From Eledone cirrhosa (taxonomy: Eukaryota), in NCBI GenBank assembly GCA_964016885.1, contig OZ024742.1, forward strand, positions 2,790,001-2,854,000: a stretch of DNA of 64,000 bases. Reading direction: 5' to 3'. The notes beneath the pieces were generated by a model. That model did not search any database, had not been told where the DNA came from, and was given only the letters and a program-made list of their open reading frames with translations. Of the stretch, positions 11,441 to 24,230 are shown one piece after another (position 1 is the stretch's first letter; each line of letters opens with the position of its first letter). The position numbers and the translations under genes are program-made.

Positions 11441-13339
11441 ATATCGGTTAATTTAATTTATTCCGTCCTCAATGTTACCATTGACTGACCAACGGTCAAA
11501 CATACAGATATAATATAGACACAAACACATATATATAGTCTAACAAAGTTCTTTCGTTGCACATCTGCAACATCGTCAGTGGTGTTATTATGTTTCCTCC
11601 TGTTGTATTGTATGCCTACGCCATCTTTATTTAGTCTGTTTATTTATTTATTTATTTTCTGTCTTCTCTGCGCATGTGTTTGCGTGTGTGTATAGTGTTT
11701 GATGTGTGTTCGTGTTTGGGTGACTGTGTATTGGTTATTGTATTCTATCTTAGTTTACTAGTGTGTGTTTATATGTGTTTGTTGTTATTGTGCTTGTGTA
11801 TGTATTTATTTATTTATTTATACATCTCTTAGGTCAGTGTTGTTCGTTTGGGTGTTGTTGTTATTCCATTCATTTTTTCTGTTTTGCCTTGGCCTTCTAA
11901 CTTTTATTTCGCTGGCCTCTCTGATTCGCCTATCTGCTGGGTTATTTCTATGTTTAGATATTATTCTAATTTCTATGTTGTCTATGTTACCGTCGTGTTG
12001 TTGTCTGGCATGTTCGAATAGTACTGAACCGTTTTTTTGTCCTATTAGTTCACCCCAGTGTTGGTCTATCCTTTCACCTATGCTACGAGCTGTCTCACCT
12101 ATGTATGTTGTTGTCATGTTTATGCCAGTACCCTCTGTACATCTTATGCTAAAGACTTCGTTTCTAGTTTTACAGTTTATCTGGGGATTAAACTTTACAT
12201 ATAATACATTTCCTATTAGTACAGTGGGTTTTCTTAAAAGGGTAGGTTTTGCTGATCAGGATTTTATGGTGGTCCCTGGCTTTTCTACCACCTTAATCTT
12301 TAAGTGGGTCTTTCTCAGGACCCTTCTACACTGGTTAGCTAATTTCCCTCCAGGGGTAGCGTCCACAAAAATGATACTCTGGTATCTCTGGTTGTTATAC
12401 CATGAGGTGACTTTCCCTATCTTATGTCTAGTCCTATCTAAGCTATTCCATGATTTTCTCCTGTATAATGGACAAATTCCTTTCATGTCCAGTTCTATGA
12501 AGGTCTTATACTTCTCCGTGGCTCCTTCGTATACTCTGATTCTGTCTCTTTGGATGTAGCCAGAGAACTGCATGCGGTTGATGAAGCGTTGGATGTGTCT
12601 TTCCATTTCTGTTGGGTCGCACATGCCGTACACGTTCTTCATAACTCGTACCAAGTCTGCGATCAGATATTAAACTTAGTACTATACGAACATGCCAGAC
12701 AACACGACGGTAACATAGACAACATAGAAATTAGAATAATATCTAAACATAGAAATGACCCAGCAGATAGGCAAATCAGTGAGGCCAGCAAAATAGAACT
12801 TAGAAGGCCAAGGCTAAACAGAAAAAATGAATGGAATAACAACAACACCTAAACAAACAACACTGACCTAAGAGAAGTATAAATAAATAAATACATACAC
12901 AAGCACAATAACAACAAACACATATAACACACATTAGTAAACTAAGATAGAATACAATAACCAATACACAGTCACCCAAACACGAACACACATCAAACAC
13001 TATACACACACGCAAACGCATGCGCAGAGAAAACAAAAAATAAATAAATAAACAGACTAAATAAAGATGGCGTAGGCACACAATACAACGGGAGGAAACA
13101 TAATAGCACCACTGACGATGTTGCAGATGTGCAACGAAAGAACTTTGTTAGACTATATATCTGTTTGTGTCTATATTGTATCTGTACTTTTGACCGTTGG
13201 TCAGTCAATGGTAACATTGAGGACGGAATAAATTAAATTAACCGATATAAAAGACACAGAAGCGAAAACCAACCACACAGTGTGTGTGTTCTGTTATTAA
13301 TTCTGGCAATATTATTACACAAATATAACCCTCCCCAAG

Positions 13340-13343
<4 letters not shown>
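11441..13343 (-). mobile_element. Penelope-like element (Naiad-like), 5'-truncated, with ~580-bp inverted 3' duplication
   Basis: RT C-terminus (12256-12654: PLYR..W..SWY..IFVDATP..IKVVEKPG) and GIY-YIG (11818-12117: YIGETARSIGERI..H..R.I.EA..I..N...EW); arms 11441-12027 and 12676-13248; tail to 13343 then (TA)n. Confidence 0.85.
13107..13150 (+). ncRNA. Hammerhead-like motif in PLE 3' region (mirror copy at 11541-11584, minus strand)
   Basis: CTGACGA-t GTTGCA gatg TGCAAC-GAAA-GAAC-TT; stem I imperfect; same layout as 45846-45890. Confidence 0.6.
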
Positions 13344-13380
<37 letters not shown>

Positions 13381-13542
13381 GAAGGAAGTATGTTTAGAAA
13401 GAAGCGAGTTAAGTTTGAAAATTGAAATAACACACTTCTTCCTAGACATACTTCCTTCACACACACACACACACACACACACACCCACACATTTCTATTT
13501 CAATTTTCAAACTTCCCTCGCCTTTTCGCACCTCTATCACTA

Positions 13543-13649
<107 letters not shown>

Positions 13650-14442
13650 TGAGCGAGAGAATGTGAGAATTAAAATGAGAGTGGTTGTGATAATGTTACA
13701 TCCCGCAGCTCCACAAAATCTTTCAAGTACGTTCATGTTTATTCAAAGAGAAGAATTAAAGGGTTTACATTCCGAGCTTCAAGTCATCCATCGAAAATCA
13801 TTTCCCCTTAATTCTAAGAAAATTAATTCGGCTTATTGATGATGATGATATTGTTATTGTTATTGTGTTTAGCCCCAGGTCACAGCTAATTGAGCCGATC
13901 TATGATCAAAAGGAATTCTAATCGTGATCAATGAATCCTTTCTCTCTTGAAGCAAAAGGTCTCTAAGACAACATTATCAACGGTATAATTCCTTCCATCT
14001 TTCCTTTTAAGGCGATAATATGCGATAGAGGGTAAATTTAGCTGCTATTTCTAATATGTTGCTTGGCCACGTATACATTTGTTCGTTGGCTTACATTTAA
14101 TTGAAGTGAAGAGTTTTACATCTGAATATACAAGATTAACTGTTTCATGGATATATTATAACAGGATTTCTATTTAAATTTCTCCATACATTATTGGAAT
14201 ACACAGCAATTGAAATTAAGTCATTTCAGCCTACAGTTATATATTTAAATATCTTTCTCTAGATACTCGAAAACATTAAAAAGAAAAACTAATTCAACAA
14301 AATAAAATATATAACTCAGAAATTCAATCAATATATAGAGAAAGCCCAATAGCACCTAAAAAATTATGATAAAAGTTTTATTCAGAGTTGGAGGTTTTAT
14401 TCTTGAATTTAACAATTTTGTCTCATTATTTACTTAATGCAC

Positions 14443-14635
14443 GGGCGGTGGATTGGCAGTATCGGTAGAGGGTCGGACGCCATGCTTTGACGCATAGAGT
14501 TACGGCCCTTGCCATTCTGAGTTCAAATCCCGCCGAGGTTAACTTTGCCTTTCATCCTTACGGGGTCGATAAAATAAAGTACCAGTAATACACTGGGTAA
14601 TTTCTGGCCTTGTGCCAAACGTAGAAATAATTATT
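14443..14635 (+). mobile_element. Full-length tRNA-derived SINE with 18-bp TSD
   Basis: A-box-like tggcagtatcgg, B box gagttcaaatcc, Deu/Nin-like core tttcatccttacggggtcgataaaa; attatttacttaatgcac on both sides. Confidence 0.9.
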
Positions 14636-14914
14636 TACTTAATGCACTGGGTAATTGCTGGCCTTGTGCCTAAAGTAGAAACAATTATTTACTTCCGGCT
14701 AATCAAGTTTCTTATATAAATTTAAATAAATGCTAAAATAGTTTTAAATGGATGTGTGTGCTTTAACAAATTTCATCAAAATCGCCAATGGTTGCTTTTA
14801 ACATAGCACACATGATTTTTCTCTCCCTTTTCTGAAAAATAAAAAATGAAAATTAGTTAAAAAAAACACTGCAGATTTCTTATATATTATGCATTTGTTT
14901 CATGAAATGAAATC

Positions 14915-15080
14915 ATGTGGAGAGAGAGGGGGGGGGGGGGTGTATGTGTGTGTGTGTGTGTTTGATAGAGAGAGAGAGGGAGAGAGAGAGTGTGTGTGTG
15001 TGAGAGAGAGAGGGATAGAGAGAGAGGGGGGAGAGATAGAGGGAGAGAGTGTGTGTGTGTGAGATATAGAGATATAGAGA

Positions 15081-15118
<38 letters not shown>

Positions 15119-15140
15119 GTGTGTGAGAGAGAGAGATAGA

Positions 15141-15232
<92 letters not shown>

Positions 15233-15236
15233 TAGA

Positions 15237-15280
<44 letters not shown>
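14915..15280. repeat. Mixed (GA)n/(GT)n microsatellite
   Basis: Direct reading. Confidence 0.95.
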
Positions 15281-15285
<5 letters not shown>

Positions 15286-15477
15286 CAGGTTGTATCTCGA
15301 CTGAAAGTCAATAATAAAGATATATATTAATCGTATACAGAAAGATGTGACGTTTAGGACAACATTTTGTAGTAATGAACATAAATAATCGTACAGAATT
15401 TTATTTCATAGTTAAAATTATTTTCAGGGGTGGTTAGGTGGGTGGGTGGTGTTAGTAATAAAACAAAAACAATAATA

Positions 15478-15732
15478 ATTGTTTCTACATTTGGCACGAG
15501 GCCAGCAATTACTCAGTACATTACTGGTACTTTCTTTTATTGACCTAGTAAGGATGAAAGGCAAAGTTAACCTCGGTGGGATTTGAACTCAGACCATATA
15601 GAGTTAAGGCCCTTTATGGTCTGAGTTCAAATCCAGCCAAGGTTAACTTTGCCTTTCATCCTTACTGGGTCAATAAAATAAAGTACCAGTAATGTACTGA
15701 GTAACTGCTGTGCCAAAAGTAGAAACAATTAT
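15478..15732. mobile_element. Two SINE 3' halves joined head-to-head as a palindrome
   Basis: 15478-15600 is the reverse complement of ~15612-15732. Confidence 0.85.
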
Positions 15733-15807
15733 ATTCATTCATACATACATGATGATGGCTGCCCCCTCGTTATCGAGTATGGCCATTGCACGAGAAAAAA
15801 AAAAAAC

Positions 15808-15842
<35 letters not shown>

Positions 15843-16045
15843 AAAAGAAAAAAAAAAGAAAAAAAGAAATATATATATATATATATATACATATACATAC
15901 ACATATATTAATAACAATAATAATAATAATCATAACAACAATAATAATAACGACAACAACAATCATAATATACATATACATGTATATATACACACACAAG
16001 CACACACATAAGCATATCTACACACACACACACACACGATAGCAA

Positions 16046-17857
16046 CTAACAGCGCTGCGATCGAATGTGGCTTTTTAGCCCAGCCAATGATCTAAAATGT
16101 CTTGCACAGAGTCGGCAACCAAAACATTCACTGGGAATAGTCGGCTGTGGTTGGAGTTCGTGTACTTTTGCATGTCGCTTGAGCCCTCCTGCTGATTTAC
16201 ATTCTCTACCACATGTTTGGCAAGCATGATGAGTAGCATCTCCAACAGCAGCCTGGTAGTCAACCACTGGTCTTACTTTATGACTGCGAAGATGACTTTC
16301 GAGTCCAGCTTTGCTTAGGCAGAGTCTCGCGCATACGCTGCATGTCAGCACCATAGGAGGACCCTCGCCGTCTGGAAGTGCAACAGCAATGCCCTTCCTC
16401 ACATCCCGCTTTACTTTCTCGTATGAGATTCGAGATGCCTCAAAGGCAACTTTTCCCTCATATACAGTCTTTCTCCATTTATTACGATCAGCAGCAATAT
16501 TCTCCCATGTATCAGCAGAGATGTTAGCGTCTTTCAGAGAGGCTTTCAAGGAATCCTTATACCTCTTTTTTGGTTTATGTGGCGGTCGTTTTCCTTTAAC
16601 CAACTCTCCATAAAAGAGTTGTTTTGGTATTCTAGAATCCTTCATCCTGGCAAGGTGACCACTCCAACGGAGTCGTTGCTGAAGCACAAGAGCTTCTATA
16701 CTGTCACACATAGAGCTTTCCAAAATCTCGACATCACTGATGTGGTCCCTCCAGTGAACGCCATGGATCCGTCTGAGACACATCTGATGGAAACGCTCCA
16801 ATTGCTTAAGGTGGTGTCGATATGTGATCCAGGTCTCGCAGGCATAAAGAAGACAAGAGAGCACACATGCCCTGTACACCTTTACCTTTTTCCTCCTGCA
16901 TATATCTCGCCGACCCCAGAGTCGCCTTTCTAGCTTTCCGAAAGCATCACTTGCTTTCCTAATCCTAAGTGAGATTTCACTGTCAAGGTTGCTGTATCGA
17001 TTGACAGTGCTTCCCAGGTAGACAAACTGATCAACCACTCCAAGTCGTTTGCCATACACATAGATGTTTGGTTCAGTGTACTGCTTACCAGGGGCAGGTG
17101 GTACATGACGACGGTTTTCTTGAGACTGACAGTCAGACCTAGGGCAGTGCAAGCGTAAGAAAATGTATTCAAAATGTGCTGCATATCACTCTCTGTGTGC
17201 GCTACAAGATCGCAATCATCTGCATACAAGAGGTCTCTTATGATTGATGTAAATACTTTTGTCTTCGCAGCAAAGCGCCTGATGTTAAATATGCTGCCTG
17301 AGGTACGATATCGGATGTAAACACCATGCTCTCAATTCCTGAATGCAATACAGAAAACCATTGCAAAGTATATGGCAAACAGGGTCGGTGCTGGAATATC
17401 CCCGTTTCACTCCATTTTTTACTGAGATAGGCTCCGACATGTTACCCCCGACATTAACCCAAGCCATCATGTCGTCATGGAAAGACCTAACTAAAGCAAG
17501 GAACTTATCAGGGCAACCAAGTTTCTGGAGAACCTTCCATAATGCATCTCTGTTAACAGTATCGAAAGCTTTTGTCAGATCGACAAAAACCTGATACAGA
17601 TCCAAGCCTTGTTCCATGCACTTCTCCTGGAGCTGTCTAGCTGAGAAGATCATATCTGTAGTGCCGCGTCCAGCACGAAAACCAGATTGACTTTCAGGAA
17701 GAACACAATCTGCAATGTGTGTCAGCAGACGGTCCAGAAGCACCCTACATAAAACTTTCCCTATAACAGAAAGCAATGATATACCTCTGTAGTTCCCACA
17801 ATCGTTCCTGTTACCCTTTCCCTTGTACAAGACCACCATTACTGCATCTCTCCAGTC
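16046..17857 (-). mobile_element. RTE (BovB-like) LINE, 5'-truncated and frameshifted; RT plus three C-terminal C2H2 fingers
   Basis: NYRGISLLS, QSGFR..RGTTD, FVDLTKAFDTV, GV.RG, YADD, F.YLGS, RLRWSGH..RM...R.PK; three CxxC-x12-H-x3-H/Q motifs. Confidence 0.93.
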
Positions 17858-17948
17858 CACTACCGCCGCCGCCATCATTATCACCAGCGACCGGGCCTTA
17901 AGAAAACATACATACATACATACATACATACATACATACATACATACA

Positions 17949-17984
<36 letters not shown>

Positions 17985-18039
17985 GGGTTAGGGTTAGGGT
18001 TATTTACATATATATATATATATATGTGTATATATATAT

Positions 18040-18255
18040 ATAAGAACCGTAGAGCAAATATTTATTAAAATAACAGATTAAAGTTTAAGCAAAGAATCGC
18101 TGCTTTCACCCTTAACGGGAGTTTCAGAAGATCCCGTTAAGTGTGAAAGCAGCGATTCTTTGCTTAAACTTTAATCTGTTATTTTAATGTATATATATAT
18201 ATATATATATTTATTAAAATAACAGATTACAGTTTAAGCAGAGAATCGCTGCTTT
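18040..18255. mobile_element. Fold-back HHR-family insertion; HHR variant at 18120-18170 (+)
   Basis: agttt-CAGAAGA-stem II-GAAA-GCA..TGC-TT-aaact; arms 18064-18120 and 18132-18188; relatives at 27785-28030 and 39640-39775. Confidence 0.65.
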
Positions 18256-18444
18256 TACTTCAAATTTATTATTATTACTATATATATATATATATATATA
18301 TATATTCTTTTGTTTGACCTGTTTGGCTTGCTTCGTTTTTTTTGGCTTATGTGGCTGATGGCTTCTTGATCGCCATTCTCAGAGGTATATGATCTTTAAA
18401 GCGATGAAATCCCAATGAAGGCTGGAAGATCACTGATGAAGGAC

Positions 18445-18490
<46 letters not shown>

Positions 18491-18493
<3 letters not shown>

Positions 18494-18730
18494 CTTTCAC
18501 CGTATTTTTGACTAAAGTAATTTTAGCCTGATAATGGGGTTTAGAACCCTCAGATAAATGGAAAAAGTTGAGTATTAACGTACATGTACGTCAATACTCA
18601 TCTTTTTCCATTTATCTGAGGGTTCTAAACCCCATTATCAGGCTAAAATTACTTTAGTCAAAAATACGGATGAAAGCTATTCTATTTTCTAATTTCAAAC
18701 CTTCTCACTGTTTCAAAACATACTTACTTA
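18491..18730. mobile_element. Near-perfect palindrome (~92-bp arms) in (TA)n; right arm ends in the HHR-like 3' core GAAA-GC-TA
   Basis: Centre tacatgta at ~18583; left arm ends at ta-gctttc. Confidence 0.75.
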
Positions 18731-18748
18731 TATATATATATATATATA

Positions 18749-20010
18749 CAGGGTGCGGACGGTACTTGAGGACACATGTATTTTTAGTCATTATTTTATT
18801 TGACTAATTTTTATTGAACTTCCATTTCAGAAAATAACAATGAAAATAACTATGCTTACTAATGAAATGAAAAGGCATGTTGTGAGTGTTGCTTTGAAGG
18901 CTAAGCATGGGTGTTTAGAAATTTCTGAAAGTTGCAAGACCTTTTGTCCACAACTTTCGGTGTGAGTTAGAGAAAGAAGATGGAAGCGTATTACCTGTAT
19001 CAAAAAGTAAAAAACATTCCAAATGCTCTGATTCTATCAGGACACCTGAATTTATTCAAAAAGTTAAGCAAAACATTGATGACAATCCAGGAAAATCAAT
19101 GAGGTCAATTGCAAAAACGTTTGGTGTGTCAGAAAAAACAATCAGAAATGTACATGAAGACATCAGATACAAATCTTACGTGATGAGAAGAGGTCAATTC
19201 ATGTCAGAAAAACAAAAGAAAAGCGTTTAATCATATCCAAAAGACTTTTAAACAAACTTAAAAATCTATCAGAAGATAATGTGATTTGTTTTTTCTCAGA
19301 TGAGAAAAACTTTGACCAGGACCAGGACCAGGACCAGAAAACTAACAGAAGAAATGACAGGAGGCTATGTTCAGATCCTTCTGAGGTTCCAAGAGTAATG
19401 CACAAAAAATGTCCTGCAAGTGTCATGGTTTTTGGTGTTGTTTGCAATGAAGGACATGTGATGCCTCCTCACTTTTTTCCACAAGGCCTTAGGGTGAATG
19501 CTGCTGCATATATTGAGGTTCTGGATAAAGTTCTTTAGCCTTGGATCAACAGTGTATGCAATGGAAGGTGTTATGTTTTCAACAAGATTCTGCAACATCA
19601 CACAAGGCTCAAATGACACAAGAATGGATGGCTGACAATTTTCATGATCACATCACCCCAGCACTTGGCCTCCTAAATCTCCAGATATCAATCCACTGGA
19701 CTACTATGTACGGAGCACTGTTGAGAAAAATGCCAATGAACACGCCCATAGCACCAAAGATTCTTTGAAAGCCGCCATAATTCGAGTCAGGTCCGATATG
19801 AACAAGGACCACTTAATCCGAGCTTGTCAACGATTTCGGCCCCGTGTAGAAGCAGTTATTGATGCTTATGGTGGTTTTATTGAATGAAATTATTGAATTG
19901 ATAATTTAGCTTTATGTTTATGGTATGTTTATAAGAATGCAGTTTTTTTCTGTTATCATATAAAACGTTTTCTTAAAACCATAAATCTGTCCTCAAATAC
20001 CGTCCGCACC

Positions 20011-20013
<3 letters not shown>
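18749..20013 (+). mobile_element. Tc1/mariner superfamily DD37D (maT) transposon with disrupted transposase
   Basis: TIRs CAGGGTGCGGACGGTA.TTGAGGACA in a (TA)n target; FSDEKNF, VMVFG, FQQDSA.SH, WPP.SPD.NPLDY; 37 residues between 2nd and 3rd D counted across a frameshift; stops and frameshifts present. Confidence 0.92.
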
Positions 20014-20048
<35 letters not shown>

Positions 20049-20091
20049 GAAAGGTATAGAAAATATTGTAGCATAAAGCCAACAGTATTCC

Positions 20092-20128
<37 letters not shown>

Positions 20129-20661
20129 TTAAAATGAAGAAATATACATATCTCTACACGCGTATAGATACAAGTATAGATATATACATACAGGGTGTCC
20201 AACTTATACTAAGTGTGGTTCAATGAAATAACAAACAAGTTAACAAATAAATCTTTACCTACTCACTCTAATGTCGCTACTGCAGTTTCATTAGGAAAAT
20301 AACAGTACTCCGATTTCTCACGATATACCACACGGAGTACCGTTATTATCCTAAAGAAATTTCAGTAGGGACATTAACTTGTTTGCTTTTTCCATATTTT
20401 ATATATATATAATGCCAATCATTGTAAGTTTGAATCTAACTGACATGCAATGACATATATATATATAAATAAGGTAAGCCCATATCATAGTAGATCCAAA
20501 TATAATAGAGATATAGAGAGAGAAGCGATGGGAGAAATGATGTGCAACAGGAATGAAACATGGATTACAGGTTAAAATATAGTCTAGATAGATATGAAAC
20601 AAAACGAGGATGTAGTTTATGGAACACCCAAATGATTTACAAGTCTAACTTAAGTAGGAGC

Positions 20662-21077
20662 AATAACATTAAGAAAGACATGAACGACACCAACCACACT
20701 TTGTTTTGAACATTTTGAAAGTAGGTTTACAAGTATGAATTTTCATCAAATTTTCGTAGTTGTCTCAGTGGCCTAGCGGTAGGTACTAGAGACGGTGGAG
20801 ATCCTCGATTTGGGTTCAATCCTGGTCGATATGTACATGTAATCTTTTTTCAGTTTTATTTTTCATCCCATAGAAAAAATAAAACTGAAAAGGTTTACCG
20901 AGAACCCTACTCTCAACCGGGATCGAACTACAGAGCAGGCTCACCACCGTCTATGATTCCTCCAACTAGGCCATCGAGACAAATACAAGACCATAATGAA
21001 AATTGATAATTATAAACCTACTTTCAAAATCAAAGTTAAAACGGTGTGGTGCCGCTCATGGCTTTCCTAGAGCTATT
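20662..21077. mobile_element. Imperfect palindromic element carrying two convergent tRNA-like heads
   Basis: 20761-20830 (+) and ~20905-20981 (-) both read tgtctc..tggcctag..gg...agacggtgg...gttc.atcc; flanks are inverted; T/A-rich centre. Confidence 0.65.
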
Positions 21078-21168
21078 AGTAATCTTTAGGGTCGTCTTTG
21101 GTAACAACCTTTTTATTCCTATGTGTGTTCATCTGTTGAATTAATTTAATTTGATTATTTTAAAAAAC

Positions 21169-21508
<340 letters not shown>

Positions 21509-21739
21509 ATACATTAACAGAGAAAGCTTTAAGCAATACTCCGACCGGCTTCCGTCTCACTCAACATACATTAGGATATACCTTAGTATAATCCCAATTA
21601 TACGTTTGGGGTGCTAACTATACGTATTTTGCGGATAGCCAGTTGTATTATTTTATATGAGACATAATTAAAATACATCTCTCTTTCCAAACGATCGTTT
21701 CATTATAAGTTTTCTACAAATATGGGAAAATAATGTCCT

Positions 21740-21831
<92 letters not shown>

Positions 21832-21837
<6 letters not shown>

Positions 21838-22178
21838 ATACTTGGGGAGGGTCATATTGATGTAATAATATTACCAGAAATAATAACAGAACACATTCAC
21901 TGTTTGGTTGGTTTTCGCTTCTGTCTCTTTTATATCTCCACAGTTAATTCAGGTGTGCAACGAAAGAACTTTATTAGACTATATAAATGTGTTTATATCT
22001 ATATTATGTCTGTATTTTTTACCGTTAGTCAATCAATGATAAACATTGAGGACCAAATGAATTAAATGTGGAGATATAAAAGATACAGAAGCGAAAACCA
22101 ACCAAACAGTGAGTGTGTTTTGTTATTATTTCTGGCAATATTATTACAATAATATGAGCCTCCCCAAGTATAACAATA
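21832..22178. mobile_element. Fold-back 3' tail of the Naiad-like PLE
   Basis: Arms 21832-21940 and 22068-22178 match 13245-13343; interior matches 13128-13235. Confidence 0.8.
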
Positions 22179-22363
22179 TTTGTTTCGAGACACGATTTCA
22201 TATCAAAAACCTCGCAAAACTAATTCATCGCCGTCATATATATATATATATATAGAATTAGTATATCTACCAACATATGCGTACAGATGTACACTAATGC
22301 TAGCAAATACATGAGTTATGTCATAGTACCTAGGTGCTTCAATGCAGGAGGATGCAGAACAAT

Positions 22364-22708
22364 TATATGAAAGACGTAAAATAAGAAAATTTAAAAAAAA
22401 ATTAAAAATTAACTTACTTACTAAAATTTTCACTCCAACTAATTAGTTTCTGTAATGGGATAAAGATAGTTACATAATGTAACCATCGAGAATTCATTAC
22501 GTCATCAGGGAGTCTATTCTCAGCTAAGTCTCCAGTCTGGAGACTTAGCTGAGAATAGACTCCCTGATGACGTAATGAATTCTCGATGGTTACATTATGT
22601 AACTATCTTTATCCCATTACAGAAACTAATTAGTTGGAGTGAAAATTTTAGTAAGTAAGTTAATTTTTAATTTTTTTTTTAATTTTCTTATTTTACGTCT
22701 TTCATATA
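22364..22708. repeat. Near-perfect palindrome, ~172-bp arms, 1-nt centre (22536), each arm carrying a full HHR
   Basis: ctccag-t-ctggag centre; arms complementary throughout except a T/A run length. Confidence 0.93.
22559..22640 (+). ncRNA. Type I hammerhead with extended stem II (mirror copy at 22432-22513, minus strand)
   Basis: actcc-CTGATGA-c GTAATG...CATTAC a-GAAA-CTAATTAG-TT-ggagt; distal hairpin gatggttaca/tgtaactatc. Confidence 0.85.
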
Positions 22709-22803
22709 TATATATATATAGAGAGAGATTTTTAACGAACACGCTAACTACTACAACATAGCTTTACTTAAGGCAGGCCATATATATATATATATATTAT
22801 ATA

Positions 22804-22882
<79 letters not shown>

Positions 22883-22911
22883 TAACTACTACAACATAGC
22901 TTTACATATAT

Positions 22912-23300
22912 CTTTATGGCCTGCCTTAAGTAAAGCTATGTTGTAGTAGTTAGCGTGTTCGTTAAAAATCTCTAGATTAGAAGATAGGCGCGAGATTCTA
23001 AGGGATATACTATGTGCTATGGAGTTAATTATGGATCGAGGGTGATTAGAGTTATAATTAATGTAAGCTAAATTTTCATTATTCTTATGGAAGGGTTCTA
23101 TTAGTCCAGTGTTTATGTTAAGCGATACATCTAAGAAGTTAGATTTTTTAGAGTTGAGTTCAAAAGTGATGTTAAGGCCTAATTTATTAAAATATTTTCT
23201 AATCTTTTTTCGTAATCTTTTAAAGTTTTGATTATTTAGGTTTTTAGCTAAAAGTAATGTATCGTCTATAAAAATTCCTCCTTGTAGGTTTTCAAATTCC
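22912..23300 (-). pseudogene. PLE reverse transcriptase fragment (GLYRDD-type)
   Basis: Manual translation GGIFIDD...NFLDVSLN...PFHK.N....YIN..SNHP..I...RIS.LSSN parallels ORFs 49663 and 29094. Confidence 0.8.
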
Positions 23301-24230
23301 TTATAAAAATTACAACAAAATGCTACTTAACAGTAAAATTGAAAGAACTATTTTCTGTCAGCATAAAACGGCGACCAAATTTGAGAACTTTAGACCAGCT
23401 TAATTCATCTTATCTATTCCATAACCCAAATTGTACCACCTAGATCTATTATAATATCACATCATCATCATTATTGTTATAATTGTCATCATCTATCAAT
23501 GAACCAACATCAAAACCTCTTATATTTTACATTCATATTTTATATATATATATCTCTTTTTCACTTTATATCTTTCTATTTCTGTCCCTAAATTTATATC
23601 ATCTCTGGCATTTTATTTTATCTTATTTTATTATTTTCACTTCTAATAAAACATACAACTAATTAATCAAATAATTAATTAATTATAGAACTAATTTATT
23701 AAAATAACCAATACACACATAAATATATTTAACATTATCATGTTTATACCTTCGTATCTCTCTATATTTTAACCACTCTCAATAACAACTTTCAATAATC
23801 TTAATATGTTTAAATTTCTTCGCACATTTTTACTTATTTATTTTCATATTTTGTATTATTTTGTATCATCCTCGATATAACTTGTTTATTTATTTATTTA
23901 TTTATTTACATTTATTCATTTATTAACATTAATTCATTTATTGTTGATATAATTATTTTCCCTCTATTTTTCTTTTTCTCTACCTTTATTTCTCCTGTAT
24001 CCTTTTCTCTCCTCTTTCTATCCTCCTTTCTCTATGTCTTTTTTTTCTCTATATATCTTTCTCTGTTTTCCTTTCTCCTTATTTTTCTTTTTCTTTTTCT
24101 TTTTCTTTTTCCTTTTTCTTTCTTTCTTCTATATATCTCTTTTTATTTTTTTCTCTCACTATCTTTATTATTAATATTATTAATGATGCTGTAATTTGAA
24201 TTTGTAAATTTACCGGGTATTTTTGTAGTT

